Positions 50,202-61,950 of a stretch of DNA of 64,000 bases are shown in pieces. Under the pieces are notes generated by a model. That model was given only the letters and a program-made list of their open reading frames with translations. It did no database searches and was not told the DNA's origin. Each line of letters opens with the position of its first letter. Within the stretch, counting starts at the first letter, position 1. The DNA comes from Mustelus asterias (lineage: Eukaryota): NCBI RefSeq assembly GCF_964213995.1, contig NW_027590159.1, positions 496,001 through 560,000 of the forward strand, in the 5' to 3' direction. A program made the translations under genes and the position numbers.

Positions 50202-50266
50202 GCCCGGCGAGCTCAGTCGGTAGAGCACGAGACTCTTAATCGCGGGTTCGAGCTCCACGCTGGGTG
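50202..50266 (+). pseudogene. tRNA-Lys(CTT) pseudogene with 8-nt deletion
   Basis: GCCCGGCGAGCTCAGTCGGTAGAGCACGAGACTCTTAATC[del]GCGGGTTCGAGCTCCACGCTGGGTG. Confidence 0.82.
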
Positions 50267-50700
50267 TCTTCTTTAAACTTCAAGTAAATCCTCCACATGG
50301 AATCAAATCGCTTAATTTCTCATGGAAAACACACATTTAGAGCAGTGCAATGTGCAAATCACTGTCAGACACTCAGAATACCGGGGAATTGACGACACAG
50401 CTCTTTCTCTCATTCATATACAGAAAAAAGTGGTGAATCCTCAGCGGGTCAGGCCCAATCTGTTGCGGGAGAAACAGTGAACCGTTCAGGTCACGAAACT
50501 TTCAGCACAACTGGAAAGAAGTGAGAGATGTTACTGATCTTAATAAAATTCACCGATCCATTTATCCCAGTTTAAACAAGAGGCAGGCCAACGAGAATAG
50601 TGGTTACACCAAGATTCGAAATCGTATTGCTAGATTCAAAATCCGTTACGCCCTGAAACCAACAGGGGCACGACACACGCACATTTGCTCAATAATTTCC

Positions 50701-50736
50701 ACGCCCGCGGCTCGAGTGCGATTCCCGGTCAGGGAA
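50701..50736 (+). pseudogene. tRNA-Glu 3' remnant
   Basis: CCGCGGCTCGAGTGCGATTCCCGGTCAGGGAA resembles the tRNA-Glu 3' end. Confidence 0.5.
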
Positions 50737-51061
50737 TGTCAATTTATTGCTCTGTTGCAACACATGGATTTAGAGGAGCGGAATTACTTCCCGATCGAAA
50801 ACGGGAGCGATACTTGTGCCACGTTGAAGAGCAGGGAGAATAATTAGCCCCATTCCACAATGTTGTCCGTTACCCACAGCAATTCATATTTACATTGCCC
50901 TTGCTGGTTCCTTCTGTCAAAATGAGCGAGCTCCCTTCTGCTGCATTAAATTTCACTGTCGCTCACCACATTCAAAGAGCAATGATGACATCGACCTATT
51001 ATAAACATTAATTATTCTCCCTGCTCTTCAACGTGGCACAAGCTGATGTTGTTTAGGAGAC

Positions 51062-51395
51062 GGCGGCACGGTAGCACAGTGGTTAGCACTGCTGCTTCAC
51101 AGCTCCAGGGTCCCGGGTTCGATTCCCGGCTCGGGTCACTGTCTGTGTGGAGTTTGCACATTCTCCTCGTGTCTGCGTGGGTTTCCTCCGGGTGCTCCGG
51201 TTTCCTCCCACAGTCCAAAGATGTGTGGGTTAGGTTGATTGGCCAGGTTTAAAAAATTGCCCCTTAGAGTCCTGGGATGTGTAGGTTAGAGGGATTAGCG
51301 GGTAAAATATGTGGGGGTAGGGCCTGGGTGGGATTGTGGTCGGTGCAAACTCGATGGGCCGAATGGCCTCCTTCTGCACTGTAGGGTTTCTATGA
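51062..51395 (+). mobile_element. Full-length HE1-like SINE
   Basis: Nearly identical to 14348-14680. Confidence 0.92.
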
Positions 51396-51594
51396 TCACA
51401 GCTCTGCTTTCATCACCTGGATCCAAATCTCAGCCAAATCACAAGAAAACATCTCGCTAACTTAAACACTAAGCTCTCCGACTTCACTCAGAAACCAGTT
51501 ACTGTGAGACAAAGCGGGATGCAGTCTGACCGCTCGATCCCCCTCCACCACTTAATAAGACTAGGCTGGATCCCGAGCATTAGTTGATAACTGA

Positions 51595-51666
51595 GGGGCT
51601 ATAGCTCACTGGCAGAGCATTCGACTGCAAATCAAGAGGCTTTCGGTTCAAATCCGAGTGCTCCTT
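51595..51666 (+). tRNA. tRNA-Cys(GCA), degenerate or probable pseudogene
   Basis: GGGGCTATAGCTCACTGGCAGAGCATTCGACTGCAAATCAAGAGGCTTTCGGTTCAAATCCGAGTGCTCCTT. Confidence 0.78.
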
Positions 51667-52789
51667 TCCTTGCCTAATTGTTAATATTTCTTTTCAATTG
51701 TAACTGTCTTTCATTGGCTGCAAAGCGCGTTGTGACGTTCAGCAACCAGGAAAGGCGCTGCATAAATACAAGTCAATCCTTCATGAATTGTCTTTAATCC
51801 CAATCCTTTGGTTACTGATCACCGTCAGTGGAAACAGTTTGTCCCTATCTGCTCTCCCCGTCGGCCCTTTCCCATGTTCGGAGAAGTGGGTAACCACTAA
51901 ATCACAGCAACACTGTGGGGAGTAAAATAGTCCAAGGGGTTGCATAGTATTGTAAACGATGTGGTCATGTAGTTCGAGACTAAGTTTTACAAAAAGAGAA
52001 TTAGGGTTGGATATATCCAGCACTCGCTGACATCCTAATATAGTGTGTTTTAGTCTAAGTGGCGGAATTCGTTATTGCGTTCTACTCTTATGCAAATTGT
52101 TGATGGCTCCGTGCATCCAGAGGCTTGGTCGTACTTTTATTTCCCACATAACCATTCATTGTCGCGCAGATCCGGCGTGTGAGCCGAGGCAACAATAAAA
52201 ATAATTCTCAAGTGTTGCCGCTCGACTGTTGTCAGGTGTTGTCAACATTATTTATTTAATAAATATTCATGTCATACATATTACACGGTATAATACATAC
52301 TCATTTCAAATATGCGATTAAAGTTAAGAATTAGAGTTTTGGTTGGATGTGTTTGTGTGTCAGTTCTCCGATGAGTCCTCATCTGAGACTGGGAAACAAT
52401 CTCTCAGTATTCTGTAGGTTCAATAAGATTGCCTCTCAGTATTCTCAACTCCAGGGAATTTCAGCCCAATTTACGCAGCTTCTCATACCAGGAGAACTCT
52501 CTCATCACAGGAACCTACCAAGTGGATCGTCTCCAATGGAAGGGTAGTCTTTTTTAAAAAAAAGCGTTGTGGATATCAGAACTGCACCGAATATTTCACA
52601 CTTGCTCCCAACAAAATCCTGTATAAATATAAGTTAGCGTTTTTATTCTTATACTGCAATCTGCTGGCAATAAAGACCAAAATGCCATTTCCCTTCCCAT
52701 TATTTGCGGCACCACCATGCTATCTTCCTGCGTTCCTTGTACAAACACACACAAATCTCCTTCAACATAAACGATTATAGCTCGGAAAG

Positions 52790-53115
52790 ATGATGGCCTG
52801 ATGGTATTATCTTGAGACTATTAATCCAGAAATTCACCCAATTCTATGGGCCCCGGTTTTGAAACCTGCCACGGAATTTGTATTCAATAAAAACTATCTG
52901 GAATTAAGAATCTACTGATGACCATCAAACCATTGTCGATTGTCGGAAAAAAAGGATCGAGTTCGCTAATGTCCTTTAGGGAAGGAAATCTGCCGTCCCT
53001 CACCTGTCTGGCCGACTTTGACTCCAGAGCTACAGTAACGTGGTTGACTCTCAACTGTCTAAGGGCAACCAGGATGGGCAATAAATGCTGGCTAGCCAGC
53101 GACGCCCATTTCTAA
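52790..53115 (+). mobile_element. tRNA-derived SINE (non-HE1 shark family)
   Basis: tRNA-like head gatggcctgatggtatt..; body ..tagggaaggaaatctgccgtcc..gggcaataaatgctgg. Confidence 0.65.
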
Positions 53116-53194
53116 TGAACTAAAAAAGAACCAGGTCACTTTTTCAAACATTGTCTGCTCTTTCTCCATTTATGAACAAGAGAATATCTTCTTG

Positions 53195-53493
53195 GGCAAC
53201 ATGATGGCACTGCTGCCTCACAGCGCCAGGGACCTGGATCAATTCGCGGCATGGGTCACTGTCTGTGTGGAGTCTGCATGTTTTCCCTGTGTTCCGTGGC
53301 TTTCTTGCGGGTGTACCTTCTTACTTCCACAGAGGGAAAGTTGTGCTGGTTAGGTGCATTGGCCATGCTAAATTGTCTGTCAATGTACCGAACAGGCAGA
53401 ACAGGTGCCGGTTCTGCCGACGAGGGAATTGTCACAGAAACTTCATTGTTGTGTTAATGTAAGCCTAATTGTGGCACGAATAAATAAACTTTA
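53195..53493 (+). mobile_element. V-SINE, second family
   Basis: Matches 24735-25018; aataaataaacttt tail. Confidence 0.7.
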
Positions 53494-53518
53494 AATTGTC
53501 CAAAATTGCACTCGACCT

Positions 53519-53543
53519 GCTCTAACCACTGAGCTATGGAGCC
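53519..53543 (-). pseudogene. tRNA-Thr(TGT) 5' remnant
   Basis: GGCTCCATAGCTCAGTGGTTAGAGC. Confidence 0.6.
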
Positions 53544-54234
53544 AATTCCTGCGCTCAGCGCGGAGTCCGTGTATCATCATCAGTGGGCGAGGAAGAGGTT
53601 GAATTTTCAGGTGGATGATATTTGATGGATGTGGAAGTATCCGAGGTGGAGAACAAGGAGTTCATCGATGCGATTTGAAACATGAAGAATTTGACATGTG
53701 TGTCAGTTAATTTTGTGATAAATGTCTGCCGTGTCATTCTTCTTCAGAGTTTATTATTGTTGCTACATCTCTGATTTTTCCAGCTCTGATACATTTCATC
53801 CAGCTGAGGATTAATCTTCTTTCTCCCTTCACAGACACTGTGAGACGTGTTTTCATTGAATGAAGAGTTCATTACCCAGTACCGAATCCAATGTGGCCTC
53901 GCCTCTTGTTGGTCTATCTACATACTGTGTCAGGAAGCCTTCCTGCACATATTGGACAAAAGCTGACCCTTCTAAAGTACTCACGTTGTGCTTTATTTCA
54001 TTACAGATGTAACCTGAGCGAATTTGACTCCCCTATTCTGGCAGCAGCGGGGTTGATCTGGATCTGCTCTGATTGAAAGCAATGTGCTGAATATGCCCTT
54101 GTCAAATCGAAACATGCTTGTGCAGGACAAGAATTATATGCGCTAAAGACAAGCAGCTTGCATAGGACCTGTCAACAATGGTCATGATCCTATTTAATTT
54201 CACCTGGCCACACTGAGTTTTTCCTGATTCATTA

Positions 54235-55408
54235 CGACTAGATAACAAAAACACCTATGTCAGACCCCTATTTATTGGGTACAGCTCAGCCTTCAACACC
54301 ATTATTTCGACGAAACTAATCTCTAAACTCCGACCCTGGGCCTCGGCTCCTCCCTCTGCAACTGGATCCTGGACTTCCTAACCGACAGACCACAGTCAGT
54401 AAGGATAGGCAACAAGACCTCCTGCACGATAGTCCTTAACACTGGTGCCCCACAACGCTGTGTTCTCATCCCCCTACTATACGCCTTCCAGACCTATGAC
54501 TGTGTGGCCAAATTCCCCTCCAACTCGATTTTCAAGTTTGCTGACGACACCACTGTAATGAGTCGGATCTCAAACAATGACGAAATGGAGTGCAATGATG
54601 AGATGGATAATCTGGTGAACTCGTGCGGTGACAATAATCTCTCCCTCAACGTCAACAAAACGAAAGAGACTGCCACCGACTTCAGGAAGCGTAACGGAGA
54701 ACATGCCCCTGCCACACCAACGGGGACGAAGTCGAAATGGTCGAGTGCTCCACGTTTTTAGATGTCCAGATCACCAACACCTGTCCTGGTCCCCCCATGC
54801 CGACGTAATAGTTAAGAAACCCCAGCAACGCCTCTCCATTCTCAGAAGACTAAGAGAACTTGGCATGTCAGTTACGAATCTAACCAACTTTTACAGATGC
54901 ACCGTTAAATGCATTTTTTCTGGCTGTATCACAGCTTGGTATGGCTCCTGCTCTGCCGAAGGGCGCAAGAAAGTACAGAAGTTCGTGAATGTAGTCCAAT
55001 CCATCACGTAAACCAGCCTCCCATCCATTGACTCTGTCTACTTTTCCCGCTGCCTCGGCAAAGCAGCCAGCATAATTAAGGACCCCACACACCCTGGACA
55101 TTCTCTCTTCCACCTTCTTCCGTCGGGAAAAAAGATACAAAAGTCTGAGGTCACGTCCCAACCGACTCAATAACAGCCTCTTTTCTGCTGCCTTAAAACT
55201 TCTAAATGGACCTACCTCGCACGAAGTTAATCTTTCTTTACTACCTAGCTATGACTGTAACACTACGTTCTTCACTCTCTCTCTCGCTTCCTTCTCAATG
55301 AATGTTATGCTTTGTCTGTAAAACGCGCAAGAAACAATATGTTTCACTTTACGCTAATACTTGTGACAAAAGTAAATCAAATCAAAATGCAATGAAATCA
55401 AATCAAAC
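54235..55408 (+). mobile_element. Rex1/Babar-type LINE, 5'-truncated; same family as 22557-23975
   Basis: [25 protein letters not shown]; (aaatc)n tail. Confidence 0.85.
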
Positions 55409-55644
55409 TTGTCATAGCTGGAGGGAATGATATGGAAATTGACAGCATTCATAGTGAACCAAGGGACGACAATTCGAAACTTTGTGCAGCCATTGTAACT
55501 ACACTGAACTAGATTAATTTAATCTGAATTGACAGGATCTGAACCGGGTATACCATTTCTAAATCTACCTGCAGAAAACTAGACATGTTTACGCTGAGTG
55601 TTACTGTGTGGAACAATACCTGTCATATTCAACTATGCATACAC

Positions 55645-55935
55645 GTGGCCACGGACCTGGGTTCAATTCCGCCTCGGACTACTTGCTGTCTCTGTGAAGT
55701 TTGCACGTTCTCCTTGTGTCAGCATGGGTTTGCTCCGCGTGCTCCGGTTTCCTCCCACAGTTCAATGATGTGCAGGTTGGATTGATTGGCAATGCTAAAT
55801 TGCCCCTTAGTGTGAGGGGAACTAACTAGTGTAATTACGGGGGATTATGGGGATGGGACTGGATAGGATTTTTATCAGTCAGAATTGACGGGACGAATGG
55901 CTTCCTTCTGCGCGATAGAGATTCTATAATTCTAT
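55645..55935 (+). mobile_element. Degenerate HE1-like SINE
   Basis: V-SINE core gctccggtttcctcccacag and tail. Confidence 0.7.
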
Positions 55936-57567
55936 GAATACACAGGGAATACAATAGCAAAGTTTGGGGCATCCCCATAATGATTGGAAGGTAGAAAGCC
56001 TGTGAATCAGTAATTTAACAGTGCATAGATGTATTTGTCTACAATAAATACGCCGCCAAATACATTAAAGTAGGTGTGCGATCAAAGAGTGATCTGGAAC
56101 CAGGTTGAACCTCATCAGTGAACACAGTGATTGAATAATGGTCACGAGGGAGAATGTGATTGCATTTCCGGAGAATATTTAATTTCGAAGAGCAGTCTGA
56201 ATCGGGCAGCAGTGCTTTAGATTGACGCCAATATCGAGGCAGTTACAGTTTTATAAATACATTTACTTGGTGTAATGCAGTCATTCTAAGGTATTACAAT
56301 TTAAAACAATTTAAATATTACATTGCGTGGTTTCTATTTTTTGCAATTGACACAAATAATGTCAGAAAAATCAAAGCAACTAATTGTTTCCCTGGATCTT
56401 CACATGATGTATAAATCTTACCATACTCCAGTGTAATGCAGAAAGCACCAAGAGTTTTTGATCGAAATGCACATAGCACCAAAAGGGTTGCTTTTTGCCA
56501 TTTACTATCCCGTCCTTGCACCTATCGGGATTCCAGATGAAATTTGTTAGTTCCCTTTATTTCATTACTGCCCCTATCGTAATGCAACGCATCCTATCAA
56601 TAGGAATATTCTTTGTACGAAAGAATTGATGTATTTTCTCATTCAACTCTACGAATTCTAATTATTTACTGATGTAATTTCTACTTTTTTAGAGTATCAT
56701 ATTTTTTTCTTCACTTTGACTACATTCATTCTTCATCTTAATAGAAATTTGTTCCACTTGTTGGCATCAGTTTCCTCCAACAGTGGCATTTCGCATTTTT
56801 ACCAGCATTATTTTTTGTAATATCTTCCCTTTGTTATAACCTGTAAAAATTTGCTGAATTGATTGTTTGTTTATTCCCATTTACCTCTACACTCTCACAA
56901 TATAAAGTCCACTCTATTGTGTTCTTGACAGTTCTGCCGTGGAAGTATTCTTGTTAGGTTGCGAGTTGCAAAATGTGTCCATTTGGCCTCACTACAGTTC
57001 GTGTTGATGAATTCTCACTTGGATATCACAGCATCGGTTCAATTCTTGTTTTTTAGCTGGCGCTATGTTTGTGGGTGCATTCCCACATTTCCCTCACTGT
57101 TAACTTATTGATATTGTGTATTGCTGACATTGACAGTGACTGAGCAAGTTGCATAAATGATTCAAAGTTTGCGGGATTGGACTTTTGATTAATTTATGAT
57201 GGAAAATAGGAAATATTTTATTGAACAGTCATTATGAGGCTCCGAGTTGTTATTAGTTGTGTAATGCACGTAGAAGTCCCCCTTGGTGAATTATTGGCAT
57301 TTGCCTGAAGTGACAAAGCAGTGTGTTTTTGGCCGTGTCCCGAATGGACAGTGAAGCAAATCGTCTCGCCTCTTTATTTTTATCTGTTGCGGATGGTACT
57401 ACATTGAATGCAGCTGTATTCTTACTGCTCATATCATCTGTCATTATCGAGCAATATTCCCGAATTTAAGATTGTTTTACATATTGACTGAGGCCGGGTA
57501 ACTGGTGACAGATATCGCATCGAAGAGACAAAGTTTGAATTCAAACATCCACAAAGTAGATCATTTT

Positions 57568-57870
57568 CATAGAATCATAACAGTACAGAAAGAGGCCATT
57601 CGGCCCATCGAGTCTGAACAGACCACAATCCCACCCAGGCCCTACCCCCATATCCCTACATATTTTACCCACTAATCATTCTGACCTACGCATCTCAGGA
57701 CACGAAGGGGCAATTTTAGCATGGCCAATCAACCTAACCCGCACAGGAAATCCACCAGACACGAGGAGAATGTGCAAACTCCACACAGACAGTGACCCAA
57801 GACGGGAATCGAACCCAGGTCCCTGAAGCTGTGAAGCAGCAGTACTAACCAGTGTGCTACCGTGCCGCTC
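57568..57870 (-). mobile_element. HE1-like SINE with internal deletion, in the GPCR intron
   Basis: Reverse complement of SINE head and tail. Confidence 0.85.
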
Positions 57871-58580
57871 TGCTGACACATTCTGTTGAACCCTGAGGAA
57901 ATGTTGCATTGTAGGCGGGCCATTCTCCAGTTGTGACGTCATCGTCTGGCTCAAATTGGCACAGAAGATCCCAGATAATTATCAGGTAAAGAAATTGGAT
58001 TTTCCACTGTGTCCTATTCAAAAGAACCTCTGCAAAATCGGAGAAACGCTCATCGTCCATTCGCGACTCTTGAAGATGCTTATGATCAAGTTGTTTTAAT
58101 GTATTTGCCACAATCATTTTACAGTAATTGATTCAATATGGCCACTTTCAGACCCTGGCAAGATGGAACGAGCTTCCTGGTTAGATTTCACACTTGTGTT
58201 GTTTGTGCTATCGTTACCGAATGAAATGACTTCCATGATTGCCTGATGACGTGTTGTTGTTACTTCTCATCTATTTCGGAGCGTGTTATGATCTGATTTC
58301 AATGCTGTCCGCTATCGGTTCGATTGATTTGCGCCATTTTAAAATGAGATGAAGCTGATGAAATCACTTTGAATTCGGATGCTTACATTCATCAACAGTA
58401 AACCATCCATCTTTCTTTTTTTCCTTTTTTACAGCTAAGTTTGAAGTGATTGTGATCCTGTCTGAAAGAACATGTGACCTCTCCGAACGTAGTAGGTGTT
58501 ACGTAGTGTCGATGGCAGTTACGGATCACCTGGTCATTATCACTACCATGATATTAAACAAGATTGTTGGTGTTTATTTC

Positions 58581-59699
58581 TCATGATGTGGAGATGCCGG
58601 CGTTGGACTGGGGTGAGCACAGTAAGAGTGTTCACAACACCAGGTTAAAGTCCAACAGGTTTATTTGGTAGCACAAGCCACAAGCTTTCAGAGTGCGGCT
58701 CCTTCATCGGATGAGTGGGAATTCTGTTCACAAACAGGGCATATAAAGACACAAACTCCATTTACAAAATAATGGTTGAATTGCGAGTCTTTACAGGTAA
58801 TCAAGTCTTAAAGTTACAGACAATGTGAGTGGGGAGAAGGTTAAGCACAGGTTAAAGAGATGTGTATTGTCTCAAGCCAGGACAGTTAGTGAGATTTTGC
58901 AAGCCCAGGCAAGTCGTGGGGGTTACAGATAGTGTGACATGAACCCAAGATCCCGGTTGAGGCCGTCCTCATGTGTGCGGAACTTGGCTATCAGTTTCTG
59001 CTCAGCGATTCTGCGTTGTCGTGTCTTGTGAAGGCCGCCTTGGAGAACGCTTACCCGAATATCAGTGACTGAATGCCCGTAACTGCTGAAGTGCTCCCCA
59101 ACATGAAGCGAAGACTCTTGCCTGGTGATTGTCGAGCGGTGGTCATTCATCCGTTCTCGTAGCGTCTGCATGGTCTCCCCAATGTACCATGCCTCGGGAC
59201 ATCCTTTCCTGCAGCGTATCAGGGAGACAACGTTGGCCGAGTTGCTAGAGTATGTACCGTGTACCTGGTAGATGGTGTTCTCACGTGAGATGATGCCATC
59301 CGTGTCGATGATCCGGCACGTCTTGCAGAGGTTGCTGTGGCAGAGTTGTGTGGTGTCGTGATCACTGCTCTCCTGAAGGTTGGGTAGTTTGCTGCGGACA
59401 ATGGTCTGTTTGAGGTTGTGCAGTTGTTTGAAGGCAAGAAGTGGGGGTGTGGGGATGGCCTTGGCGAGATGTTCGTCTTCATCGATGACATATTGAAGGC
59501 TCCGGAGAAGATTTCGTAGCTTATCAGGTGAGTGGGAGTTCTGTTCATAAACAGGACATATAAAGACACAAAAAGAACAGAACAGCTTGTGAACAGAACT
59601 CCCACTCACCGGATGAAGGAGCAGCGCTCTGAAAACGTGTGGCTTGTGCTACCAAATGAACCTGTTGGACTTTAACCTGGTGTTTTGAGACTTCTTACT
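58581..59699 (-). mobile_element. Penelope-like element with inverted pLTR copies and 11-bp target duplication
   Basis: ORF 58923-59609 GIY-YIG (LIRCRKGCPEAWYIGET..GLNRD); ~58618-58740 inverted vs ~59585-59702; GTGTTTATTTC at 58570-58580 and 59700-59710. Confidence 0.9.
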
Positions 59700-61135
59700 G
59701 TGTTTATTTCCCATAGGGTTTCCTGTCCATAACACCAACATGCAATCTCCACTCTGTGCTCAGCTACTCAGCAATAGACAGTTCTACATGGTTAACGGTC
59801 ACTTTCACTTTTGATCGAATTGTCGCTATTCCCTCTCAGAAGATGAAAATAAAATACTGCAAGGAGGAAACAGCGGCCTGAGTGATAGGAGTAATCTCTC
59901 CTCTGAGCTTTGTAAAAAAATAGCTTCTTATATTTTGCATTTGACCTTCTGAACGTAATTAATAACATGCCGTGGTTTTGTGCGGAGGAATCGATATTCA
60001 ATCCATCAGCTGCATATGAGTAGATTTGTTCTATTTTAATGCTCTGCACCCCATTCATTATGATTTCCCTGCTCAATGCTCTGACCATCAGGCACATTCT
60101 AGCGGCCAACAAAACTCGCAGGAGACTCCGAACCCTGAGCAATGGAGAGAATAAAAGTAATGCACAGATGGAGAAGCGGAGAAGGTCCATGGTTTTGCTC
60201 TTTGCATCTCAGGCAGCTTCATTTTGATATATTCATTATTGTTCACAACGACCCTCTATATCCAAATTGCAAAATTCCCTGATATCAGGGAACAATCATT
60301 TGTCTTGGACTGAAGCGGACAGATGGTTCAGTTGTTGAGTTCCTGTACCAACCCATTTCTTTACGCTGGGGTGCAGACTAAATTCAGAACAGAGTTAAAA
60401 AAAAGTCGTGAAATTTCCACTGAGTCAACTTGATAAATTAGTTAAGGTTTGTGAAGAGGAAAATGATACCTGAATTCCGCATTATGCTCCAATAATTTTG
60501 TAACTTGTCCATGGCGATCACGGCCGCCCTCCCAAGGTTCAGTCACGTTTAATCATTCATCAAATATGTGAATATAATGATATGGGAGAGATTCCCGATT
60601 CAATCTGCATTTTCACCCAAAAAAAAACAGCTTTCCAGTTCTCTTGTTGGTACAGTCTCGGTGACTTTGTTCCTATCAACTTCGAGGGCATTTGCAGTTG
60701 GAATCAGAACGTGATGTCTCCTGTCGTTACCGGCCCATTGCCGGTATCCTCGATGTAACGGCAGGAAAGACAGTCCGGTGAGCACAGTACAATACAGCCG
60801 AACGCGTATTGAGCCAACGCCTTTCTTGGTGGATGACTGGGGTTGGGGGGGGTGAAAGGAGTAGAGACACTCAGCTTCAAAATGATGACAAAAATCTGGT
60901 GTGTGCTCGGTGGTGTCAGATGCTGCAGCTGTTGTGGGTATGTGAACATCTGGAAAATATTTGACAGGCTATGCACTCTGCATGAAGTGTTATTCATCCT
61001 TCATGCGATTTTAGAGTAGCTGGGAAGGCCAATACTCTTTGTCTCTCCACAATGTCTTCACAAGCAAACGTCCTAAGTGGACTCACCGTCCATTCTTCCT
61101 CACTGAATGAACGATATTGCTATATAATTGCACTT

Positions 61136-61950
61136 TAGAACATAGAACATAGAAAAGCTCCAGCACAAACAAGTTGCCCACAAGTTGCGCCGAACATGTC
61201 CCTACCTACTAGGCTTACCTATAACCCTCTATCTTACTAACGTCCATGAACGTATCCAAAAGTACCTGAAAAGACCCCATCGAATCCGCCTCCACCACCA
61301 CTACTGGCAGCCGATTCCACGCACCCACCACCCTCTGAGTGAAAAACTTACCCCTAACATCTTCTCTGTACCTACTCCCCTGCACCCTAAACCTGTGACC
61401 TCTTGTGGTAACCATTTCAGCCCTGGGTAAAAGCCACTGGGAATCCACTCTATCAATACCTCTCAACATCTTATACACCTCTATCAGGTCACCTGTCATC
61501 CTCCGCCTCTCCAAGGAGAAAAAACCTAGCTCCCTCAACGTATCCTCATAAGGCATGCCACCTAATCCAGGCAACATCCTTGTAAATCTCCTCTGCACCC
61601 TTTCTGTGGCTTCCACATCCTTTCTGTCATGAGGCGACCAGAACTGGGCACAGAACTCCAGGTGGGGTCTGACTCGGGTCCAAGATAGCTGCAGCATTAT
61701 CTCCCGATTTCTAAACTCAATTCCTCTATTGATGAAGGCCACTATTCCATACGCCTTCTTAACCACAGCCTCGACCTGCGACGCTGCTTTGAGCGTCCTA
61801 TGAACCCGGACCCCAAGATCCTTCTGATCTTCCACACTGCCAAGCGTCTTACCCTTAATATTATATTCTTTCATCCTATTCGACCTGCCAAAATGAACCA
61901 CCGCACACTGATCTAGTATCAAGTCCATCTGCCACTTCTCCGCCCAGTCT
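61136..61950 (-). mobile_element. 5'-truncated CR1 LINE
   Basis: ORF 61215-61928 with RPHLEFCAQFWSP and FFTQRVVGAWN; (ttctatg)n tail. Confidence 0.92.

Larger units (their letters stand above)
56467..60473 (+). pseudogene. GPR139/GPR142-like class A GPCR pseudogene; exon 1 56467-56536, exon 2 58435-58580 plus 59711-60473
   Basis: MHIAPKGLLFAIYYPVLAPIGIP|AKFEVIVILS..YVVSMAVTDHLVII..VYF/P*GFLSITPTC..SSTWLTVTFTFDRIVAI..KYC..PFIMISLLNALTIRHILAA..MEKRRRSMVLLFA..SCTNPFLY (DR and NPxxY motifs); donor GT>AT, stops, frameshifts and a Penelope insertion. Confidence 0.88.

Noticed and set aside
60760-60830. Minus-strand SAVLYCA resembling an Ig V FR3, and a cacagta heptamer-like sequence
   Set aside because: No upstream Cys/Trp framework, no Asp of D-x-A-x-Y-Y-C and no nonamer
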